A stretch of DNA of 64,000 bases from Podarcis gaigeae. Taxonomy: Eukaryota. Both the position numbers and the translations under genes were made by a program. Below the pieces are notes generated by a model, which had not been told where the DNA came from, did not search any database, and saw nothing but the letters and a program-made list of their open reading frames with translations. The stretch lies in assembly GCA_964106915.2 (NCBI GenBank), contig OZ066923.1; one strand, written 5' to 3'. Position 1 is the stretch's first letter. Each line of letters begins with the position of its first letter. Below, one piece after another: positions 27,585 to 36,560 of this stretch.

Positions 27585-27765
27585 CCTCCTTGGGTTCCAC
27601 ATGGAACCTCCAAGATCGAACCCGAGGCTGTATACCATGACAGATTGGTTGCAGAGGAGCAGCAACAGTAGGAGAGGGCTTCTGCCTTTATGCCCCGCAT
27701 GTAGGCTTGTGGAGGTAGCCAGTTAGCCACTGTGGGCAGTAGGATGCTGGAGTAAGATGCTGCCT
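27585..27765 (+). mobile_element. Squamate CR1-like 3' UTR relic
   Basis: GGAGAGGGCTTCTGCC...GCCACTGTGGGCAGTAGGATGCTGGAGTAAGATG resembles squamate CR1 3' ends (by recall). Confidence 0.5.
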
Positions 27766-28894
27766 GCAAATTCCCAATGAAAAGGCCACCCCAGATGTCA
27801 GCACGCCCCATGGCGTGCATTCATTACATCAGAATGCCTTCTGGCATGCTGGCATGTTATGCGGAGGCCCTGTGGCTTGTCTGTGTGATGCAAGCATGGC
27901 CCATGACGTGTGCACACAGCCCTGCAGAACCTTTGGGGGTACGGCCCTTTCATTGGGAATTGGGGGAGCCATGGTGCCCTGGCCCCCCTTCCCAGAACCC
28001 CTGCTGACATTGAACCCAACGTGTTTCAATTATACACAATTCTGGCTTTAGACACGATCCGCAGAATGTAACCCCCCCATAAGTTGCAGGCTTAATGTAT
28101 TTTAAGGGCATGGTCTGACCCCACCTGTCCAAAGCATAATCAAAGATGTATGTACATGCCAGAGCTCAGGAATGCCCTGCCGATTGCTGATCAAGCAAGG
28201 TTCAACTGCAATAATAATAATAAATTGCCTGAAGGTACTTCACTGAGAGGCTGCATTTCAGCAGTTCACCACATGGGGCACTGCACCCAGACACAGTAGC
28301 TCATGCTGCTGCTCTTGATTTGCTTTGCTTCCAACTGTCTTGTGTCTCATTCTCACACCCACCTTCTCTTGGCAGAGAGGTTAGGTAACCAGGACACTGT
28401 AGCAAGCAAAGCCATGCATGTTCCAAATGGCCTCTCCCCGTAGCTGCAGCCTTCCCGATGTATAACACACCCCTTTCCTCCTCGCACCGTTCCTGCTGCT
28501 GGAGCTTCACCACCTTGAGCACCCTACAAGATACTCTGCTCTTCTCTTAGTTCAAAGCAGCTTGTGAAATTAAAAGGATACGTACTCTAAAAGCAAGTGA
28601 TCTAAAAAAAGATTCCAAAACCCATTCAACTCTCCCCAAAGTCAAGCAGCAACAACTGAACTTGACACAGCAGACAAGCAGCAGCAAAAGATTAAGGCGT
28701 TCTCTGGCAGGCGTGTTGGAACAGGGAAGCTTATAAAGCTTAAGTGCCTCCAGGATTCAGCACTGGCAAATATTCCCAGGGAAACCGATTTGGAACGCCA
28801 GGCCCATCAGGGCTGAAGATTTAGAAGGCCCTGCTTGGACAGTGCACACCAGGCTAGAGGCCTCTATGCTGACCCTTACACATGGAAGGAAATA

Positions 28895-29120
28895 CAGTGG
28901 TACCTCTGGTTACAGACACTTCAGGTTACAGACTCCACTAACCCAGAAATAGTATCTCAGGTTAAGAACTTTGCTTCAGGATGAGAACAGAAATTGTGTG
29001 GGGGCGATGCAATGGCAGCGGGAGGCCCCATTATCTAAAGTGGTACCTCAGGTTAAGAACAGTTTCAGGTTAAGAACAGACCTCCAGAACGAATTAAGTT
29101 CTTAACCCGAGGTACCACTG
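28895..29120. mobile_element. Second copy of the same Tigger-like MITE, opposite orientation
   Basis: TA-CAGTGGTACCTCTGGTTA ... TAACCCGAGGTACCACTG-TA. Body is the reverse complement of 5682-5896. Confidence 0.9.
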
Positions 29121-30380
29121 TAGATAACGGGAAACAATATTTGAGGTATGGAGGACCTTGGCCAGAGATGGGGAAACTTTGGCCCCAACCTCCAGCAGCT
29201 CTAGCCAGGAAGGCCAGTGAAGGGTGTTGTCCTGCAACATCTGGAGGTCTACAGATTCTCTATCCATGACCATAGACATATTGAGCTTTATAGATGTAAA
29301 CCCGCACCTTAAATTGGCTCTGGAAGCGAGTAGATAGCCATCCTAGTCCAGGTTTTAATATGCTCACTCCTTCGCAGTAGTTATAAAGGCTTCGGAAATC
29401 CACAAATGAAGGGCTCATGCCTACCAATCCTTTGGTAGGGCATCCCAAGGATATGGCGTACCTACCTTAGATCTGATAAAGATCCACCCCCCGCCCTGTT
29501 CCCAGCATAACAAAGGGCTGCTTGCCAAGGTACGTGGAATTACATTTGGAGGCACTGCTAGGATTATATTTAACAAGGGGAGCGCAAAATCCTGAATTAA
29601 TTGCTTTTCCAACTCTCTGTGTTAAAGCATTGTGTATATTGGTACTTCCTTTGTGAATAAAAAATTATAGAGAGATCATATAGGCCTACAGTGGGATTTA
29701 AAACACTGTTCTACATTGTCATCTGCTTTCAAAAATCTGATGACACACACAAGATTTAGCAAGAGTGTAGTTTTCCTGGCTATATTATAAGGTTCTGAGA
29801 GGTAATTCAACCTGGATTGTGTTCAGTCTGTTTTTGTTGCTGCTTCCCCCCCATACAAAGGCGATTTTTCAGCCGACAGCCACCGAAGAGTTCAGATGAA
29901 GAAAAGCCTAATAAGGGCCTGTGACTCTTTCCTATCTGCAGATAACATGACACATTTCTGTTTGAGGAAAAGCAAGATGAAGATTGAAAAGACGTTGACC
30001 CTTTGACCAGCAGAAATTAGTCCAATGAAAGAACCGATAAATGTCTCTCATGTTGTCTGAAACCAAATGCAGCAACAATAACCAAGTAATCATACTGCTG
30101 AGATGTTTCAGGCACAATAACACGAGTGTGGTTGATTTTTTGTTTTTATGTAAAGCAACTGTATCTTTTCTATGCTGTAATGCAGCATGATAACATAAAG
30201 CAGGGATAGGTATTATGAAACCCTTAGAAAGGGATCAAAACCTCTAAATCCCAAGTCTGACCAGCCTCAGCCAGTGTGGCCAATGGTCAAGGATGGTGGG
30301 AATTATATGTTATAAGTTCTCAGCCCTGGCTTAGAGAGACCAGGCACCTATTCTTGGGTCATTTTCTTTTACACAGTATA

Positions 30381-30993
30381 TATATTTTTTAAAAATTATT
30401 TTTATTCCATTTTTCCAATACAAAATTTATACAAATCGTACATCTTTTTTATATCCATTCTCTTTTTGGCTTCCCTCAACTTGACTGATACTCCTTCCCT
30501 TCTTAATTTCTTACACATTTCTAAAACCTTACTTCCATTATTTTTATAGATTAAGTCTTATTTTACTCACATTCTAACATTTCTTCTTACAGAGCTTCAT
30601 TAAAACTTACAAGCCTTATTTGATTATCACTTAATTGATGCATATACTCTGTAAACTTTTCCCAATCTTCTATAAATCTCTAATCTCGTTGGTTTCGGAT
30701 CCTTCCCGTCAGTCTATCAAGTTCTGCATAGTCCGTCATCTTCATTCTCCATTCGTCTAGTGTAGGTAGCTCCTCTTGCTTCCATTTCTGAGCCATCAAT
30801 ATTCTTGCTGCAGTCACTGCATATAAAAATAGCTTCCTTTCTTATTTATCTCGTTCCCTGTAATACTAAGTAAGAACACTTCTGGTTTCTTAACAAAAGT
30901 GTACTTAAACATTTTCTTCAATTCATTATATATCATTTCCCAAAAGCTTTTTACTTTCTTACACTCCCACCACATATGATAGACTGTACCCTC
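30381..30993 (-). mobile_element. 5'-truncated L1/Tx1-clade LINE (ORF2 C-terminus + 3' UTR)
   Basis: Minus strand reads KEEGTVYHMWWECKKVKSFWEMIYNELKKMFKYTFVKKPEVFLL, then after a frameshift KLFLYAVTAARILMAQKWKQEELPTLDEW...RD*RFIEDWEKF. AATAAA/A-rich end. 17-bp flanking direct repeat TTCTTTTACACAGTATA at 30364-30380 and 30994-31010. Confidence 0.9.
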
Positions 30994-31940
30994 TTCTTTT
31001 ACACAGTATAGGTGTGTGAGTGTTGTGTGACTTTACAAAGAAGAATGGCTGAAGTGTGAGAGAATGAACAATTCTTAAATTTCTGTCTCATATAACTTAC
31101 TGTGCTGACACCAGAACACAGCCTATTTTTTATCAAATCAAAGAATGATTTGTTTACGCTACTGCTGTGAAAGCATTAGATGACAACATGATCATTGATA
31201 GGTTCTAGAATATGATGATTCTATGATCTGGAGCACAGTTGTTTTCCCTTGTTATGAGAAAGTGTGCCAAGTCCACCAATGAAGGGTCAAGTGGACAAAG
31301 ACGATGCCTCTTTAGTTCAAGGTCGGTTAACGTTTGATCCACCAAATGTTGCTGGACTACAACTCCCATCGCCCCTGACATCTGACCGATGGTGCTGTTT
31401 GTGAGATGGCTGCAGGCGCCAGAAGCTTCCTGAGCCCTTCTCTCCCAGGCCTCGCCACATTCGTGACTGCTGCGGCTTAAGGAAAGCGGCTGGTTTGCGA
31501 GCTCCCAGCTGGAGGTTGGGGGGAAGGGGAGGATGAGAAGTTAGCAGGCTCTGCAAAGGCCCGGTCGCGCCAGGTTTTGCCTCTGAGCAACCCCGGGGTC
31601 CTCCGCCTTCTCCCCGGTTCCGCGAACGCTTCCAGAGCTAGCTATGGATTTGCACTGAACCGGGGCGCGGATCAGTTGGACGTGAGCGGGAGCATGTGCG
31701 AGCAAGCAGGCAGCAGAGGACTGCAGATGCGCAGTCGGGGGAAGAGGAGCGGCAGCCGGAGAAAGGCGGCTCGCGTCGTTTCTCCCTTCCGCGCTGGCTT
31801 AGGCGAGCGAGGCCGGCAACTTTGCGCTCCTGCCTTGCGCGTCTCGAGGGCCAGACGCCGCGCTCTCGAGCAGCTGCTCCCGCCGCCGCTGCTGTTTTCC
31901 AGCCCGACGACGCAGCTCCTCTTTCTTCTTCTGCTTCTAT

Positions 31941-32097
31941 TTGTTTACAACCGGGTGACATCACTCCTCCCCCGCGCCCCTCCGCTCCGAACGCGACGTC
32001 ACAATGGTGCGATCCCCGGATTGGCCGCGGCGGGTTCTCAGCCGCCATTGCCGCCCGGACGTGGTTATAAAAGGCGGCGCACGCACAGCCACTTCCT
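31941..32097 (+). promoter_or_regulatory. BTG1 proximal/core promoter
   Basis: FOXO DBE TTGTTTAC 31941-31948, ATF/CRE variant TGACATCA 31956-31963, CRE-like CGACGTCA 31994-32001, inverted CCAAT (ATTGG) 32020-32024, TATAAAA 32066-32072, Inr-like CCACTTC 32089-32095. Predicted TSS ~32091-32097. Confidence 0.8.
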
Positions 32098-32116
32098 TCG
32101 TGCCTCGTAGAAGGAG

Positions 32117-32197
32117 ATGCTGCAAGTGTCTGCCAGTGCAGCCGCCGCTGCCGCCAGCCTACGTCACAGGGAGGCGGCTGAGCGGGGGGCCTGTTAA
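32117..32197 (+). other. Upstream ORF in the predicted BTG1 5' UTR (26 aa, MLQVSASAAAAAASLRHREAAERGAC*)
   Basis: Only ATG between the predicted TSS and 32371. G at -3. Open to TAA at 32195-32197. Translation is not demonstrated. Confidence 0.6.
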
Positions 32198-32370
32198 CTT
32201 AAAAGTCCCTTGAACTCGATCGCTCCGTCCCCTTTCTAACCCGCTTCTTTCTCGCCTGCTCTCTCTCCTCCTCCTCCTCCGCTTCCCACCCCCCTTTGAG
32301 GCGGCCCCGTGTGCGCCCACCGTGCCCCTTTCTACTCAACGCCCGGAGCTGGCTACCCCTTGCCGCCTCC

Positions 32371-32518
32371 ATGCATCCTGCCCTTTACACCCGGGCCAGC
32401 ATGATACGCGAAATCGCCGCGGCCGTGGGCTTCATCTCCAAGTTCCTGCGCACCAAGGGGCTGATGAACGAGCGGCAGCTGCAGACGTTCAGCCAGAGCC
32501 TGCAGGAGCTGTTGGCAG
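32371..32518 (+). CDS. BTG1: BTG1 coding exon 1 (49 codons + 1 nt; MHPALYTRASMIREIAAAVGFISKFLRTKGLMNERQLQTFSQSLQELLA)
   Basis: Translation matches the known N-terminus of amniote BTG1. ATG at 32371, phase-1 donor CAG|GTATGG at 32518/32519. Splices in frame to exon 2 (G+AA = Glu). Confidence 0.98.
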
Positions 32519-35234
32519 GTATGGGGCGGCGGGGGGGGGGGAGCAGAGGGGGTGGGAAGGGGACGGTTTTAAGTATTTCTCTCTTCTCCGCCACCCACCT
32601 CCTCCGCCTCCTCATCTCCCCGCTTTTCTAATGCTGCCTCATCCTCCTTCTCCAGGTTTTGTTTCTCTTTCCATCGCAGCATTTGGAGGAGCGGGGATCG
32701 CTGCCTCGACTGCATACTTTTTTTTCTTTGGTGGTGGTGGGAAGGGTGTTGTGGAGTTAATGACCTCCTATAAAATGTGCCGCAGAAAGAGATGCATTTC
32801 GCATAAGACCAGGAAATGGCTCTCTCTCCCCACCCCCACGCGCGCTTTCAAAATTCGGGATTCACGAGATTGTAGTGTGTTGTTTCATAGTACTATCGCA
32901 GTAACGGTTCCTTCGTGCTGTCCCGTCCAGAGGGGCGCGGGGGTGGCACGTTTCCCCCTCGTATGTATGTTCAGCTGCGTGCCTGGAAAGTCCCTTCCCT
33001 GCCTTCCTCTGTTCCTTCTTCAGTGTTTGTACTCAAGTTCACGTCATGCAGATTAGTTCTCCTCCCCCCACCCCCGGCCACGCATACACACACACACAAA
33101 ACCCAGACACCAATTGCACTTTTATGCAGTTATGGAAATAAAGGCGGGGCGGCGCTATTCCCTGCCCACCACAGTGGTTATTTGTTTTACATGATGATTC
33201 AAATCCACAAGAAGGTGATTTGGGTTGAGGTTCGGTAGTTACTGAACTAATTGAGTACATAGGAGTTACTTTGCACAGCTGTTAGTATAAACGCGTGAAG
33301 GTTTGTTTATCCTGCTCATCTGCATCCTTTTGCTTTTGGGGACAGACACAAGTGGCCATAAGCTGCGTGTTTGTCTCTTTCGGAAGGAAAAGCTCCTTTG
33401 CAGAAGGAATCGGTTTCCTTCTCTGGTCTAGCTGGGTCCGAGGGTGGTCCTATCAGCTCTTTGTGTGTTCTGTGCCCCTCATTTGCAGTCCAGGGGGGTT
33501 GCTGTAGCCATAATCTTTGCACATTTGGAGACTAAGAATCCTATTTATTTTTCCTCCTGGTTTCTTAGGGAAGGGATTTTTGTCGACACTTCATATCTGT
33601 GGCAAGGCTGTGGTAGTGAATAGTACCGTTTACCCTTTTCTGCTCATCTGGGGGAGTTCTTCGCTGCAATCGTAACACTCGTTTACATGGAAGCAAGACC
33701 CAATGAACAGAAAGGGGACTTATTTCTACGTAAACATATGTGGGATTGTGCTGCTAGTGTCCCTTTTCTACCTCAGCTGTTCTCCAATCTGTAGTGGTAG
33801 CCCTTTTTCCTTCTCTCCCTTTGGTGGCTGCTGCAGGGGCATAATACCATGCTAATTCCTGCTGCTGCTTATCCCACAACACACAGCTGCCCCTCATTTT
33901 CTTTTCGCTTTGTCTTAGTGTGCTTTCCCTTCATTGTACTAAGACAAAGAAATGCCAGCAAGGAGATTGTAATGTAGTAATCCAGTATGATGTGGTTAGG
34001 TTCTGTGTGTACATTATAAGACTGGGTCCAAGATGCTCCTTGAAGTACCTTTATCATAACAATAAAACCACCTACATTGGACTTGGCTGTTATTCTTTTG
34101 CATATTTTTTAAAAAAACAAATAACCCCACTGTTTCTAAACAGTAAAAATGGTTCGGAGGAAGAAACAGCCCTTCTAAAGAAAACGACCATCTTATTGGA
34201 TTAAATGCATCTTACTCTGAGTTGCTTACTCGGAAAGGCTCCTAAGCACAGTTCTGGAAATAATAGATAAAATGATGGGTAGCATTGGAAGATTTTAGTT
34301 AAAGCAGTTTAACCTACTGTAACAAGATTCCTGTTCTAATGTAAGAGCAGATGTTGTCCTGCTGAGAGTAAATACCTAATCCATACATGTAAACATATGA
34401 AGATAAGTCCAAATTTGAGCAAAACATTAAGGGAAATGTCAAAAAGTTCATTTTTTCAAAAATCAGTCACCCAGTGTGTTTCAGTAATAATAGACTCGAG
34501 ATAGCAAACCAATTCTAAAAAAGAAATATGCATAACTTGCCTATCCCAATTGTTAGGAATCCAGAATTCTGGAAAACTTGGATAGCCAAACATATAGGCG
34601 GTGTGACACAGTACTTAGGACACCTCTTTGTTTAGCACCGCAGGCAAGGTTCCACTTCACATGTTAGAATTTCATATGTGCATATTCATATTTGCTTATG
34701 GAGAAGGTTGCACAAGTCTCTGTGATATGTTGCACACATCAGGAAATAGATTTTGTGCTTCTTTCAGATGTGTATTTATGGTACAGCTGAAAAAAGATGT
34801 GGGCAAATATTATTGCATTACAAACTACACATAATGAAACTGTGAAGAGGCCTTTGGATATATACTCAAGATTCTCCCCCCGACCCCCAAATTGGTTTTA
34901 TCGCCCTACTTTGAGGTGTCTAGGTGCCCAATTACATGTTTTTCTCACCCCCATTTGTGGAGGGTATCATTCAGTACTGATTTTATACATGCATAGGCTG
35001 TTAAATGTGCCTTTAGCTACAATGATCAAAATACTTGGTTTCTGTTGAGCCTGCCATTACTTTCCAGGCCATCGAATATTATTCTACATTTTTGCATCTG
35101 TGTCGTATTTCTCTCTCCCCGCCCCCGGTGCTCTTGTTCTAAGCTACCATTTTCAAGCGTAATAATACGATTAGACACATTGGTTATCTGAAGAGCAAAA
35201 TATGATCTTTTGTTGCTTTCATTTTGTTCTGTAG
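32519..35234 (+). other. BTG1: BTG1 intron 1 (2716 nt, GT-AG, phase 1)
   Basis: GT at 32519 and AG at 35233-35234. Removing it restores the continuous BTG1 frame. Confidence 0.97.
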
Positions 35235-35599
35235 AACACTATAAACACCACTGGTTCCCTGAAAAGCCATGCAAAGGATCGGGCTATCGTTGCATCCGGA
35301 TCAACCATAAAATGGATCCCTTGATTGGGCAGGCAGCACAACGAATTGGACTCAGCGGTCAAGAACTGTTCCGGCTTCTTCCAAGTGAACTCACTCTCTG
35401 GGTCGACCCTTACGAGGTATCCTATCGCATCGGAGAGGATGGCTCAATCTGTGTGCTGTATGAAGCCACACCAGCAGGAGCTAGCCAAAACAGCACCAGC
35501 ATGCAAATGGTAGACAGCAGAATAAGCTGTAAGGAAGAACTCCTCTTGGGCAGAACCAGTCCCTCCAAGAGCTACAATATGATGACTGTATCAGGTTAA
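35235..35599 (+). CDS. BTG1: BTG1 coding exon 2 ([29 protein letters not shown]...[29 protein letters not shown]...[11 protein letters not shown])
   Basis: Pyrimidine tract and TAG acceptor ending at 35234. Contains BTG/Tob box A (YRCIRIN), box B ([14 protein letters not shown]), box C (DGSICVLYE) and the BTG1-specific C-terminus. 148+365 = 513 nt = 170 aa + TAA. Confidence 0.98.
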
Positions 35600-36272
35600 G
35601 ATAATAGCCTATGGATGGATCATCTTATAATGGATGGATAAAATTTGGTTTTTACTTTGGGTGGGCTCCTCTGGGGATGGATTATGGAATTTAAACCATG
35701 TCACACCTGTGAAGACCTGGCACAAGATAGAATGGTAAACTTTTATTTTATAGTGGCAGTGCCATAGTTTCGACAGTACCTTTCAGTGATTTAAATAGCC
35801 TGTGAGTAAAGATGATTGCTTTATTTCCTAAGGTGTGAAGTTGTCCAAGGAAGGCTGCAGTTTTCTCCCAGATGTCTTGCTTAATTTTTTTTTCCATTTT
35901 TTTTGAAAAAACATCAGTTTTCAGCCTAAAGCTATAGCTATAAAATTTATTCTCTGCAGTAAATGTTGCAGAGTAAATTTGCACTATTGACATTTTTAGG
36001 GAAAAAAAATTGTTAACATTTTTGGCAGCTCAGTAACAAGACTTGTTATGAACATGGTAGTACTGGAAATTTTATCTGACAAGACTTTTACCTAGCACTT
36101 AACAATCTGTATAAACTGTACATAAGTCACACTTGGTGAGCATGAACTGGGGAAAATGGTCAGATCTCTGTATATTGGCCTTCAAAGTAGCAAGTGAGCA
36201 GGATCTGCTATGCCAACAGGCTTGAGAGAGACCATATAAAGACACTGTCTGAACTGTGGTGTGTTTTACCAG

Positions 36273-36552
36273 NNNNNNNNNNNNNNNNNNNNNNNNNNNN
36301 NNNNNNNNNNNNNNNNNNNNNNNNNNNNNNNNNNNNNNNNNNNNNNNNNNNNNNNNNNNNNNNNNNNNNNNNNNNNNNNNNNNNNNNNNNNNNNNNNNNN
36401 NNNNNNNNNNNNNNNNNNNNNNNNNNNNNNNNNNNNNNNNNNNNNNNNNNNNNNNNNNNNNNNNNNNNNNNNNNNNNNNNNNNNNNNNNNNNNNNNNNNN
36501 NNNNNNNNNNNNNNNNNNNNNNNNNNNNNNNNNNNNNNNNNNNNNNNNNNNN
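36273..36552. other. Assembly gap (280 N)
   Basis: Run of N inside the 3' UTR. Confidence 1.
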
Positions 36553-36554
36553 AT

Positions 36555-36560
36555 AATAAA
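36555..36560 (+). terminator. Candidate polyadenylation signal AATAAA
   Basis: First visible canonical hexamer after the stop, ~1 kb downstream, followed by TTTTAATTTAATCTCTTGTCGTGCTTG. An earlier signal could be hidden in the gap. Confidence 0.65.

Larger units (their letters stand above)
31410..32710. promoter_or_regulatory. CpG island over the BTG1 promoter, exon 1 and start of the intron (CpG-rich tail to ~33450)
   Basis: Sharp rise in GC and CpG density against a strongly CpG-depleted background. Boundaries estimated by eye. Confidence 0.92.

Noticed and set aside
32296-32370. TTG-initiated 25-aa in-frame extension of BTG1
   Set aside because: Non-AUG start in poor context, called by the ORF finder. 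The known protein begins at MHP.
31577-33056. Long ORFs over the CpG island (177, 136, 124 and 244 aa)
   Set aside because: GC-rich DNA is poor in stop codons. The products are low-complexity, overlap the BTG1 promoter or exon 1 in other frames, and show no recognisable domain.
35210-35234. ORF-track start upstream of exon 2
   Set aside because: This is the intronic polypyrimidine tract and acceptor.
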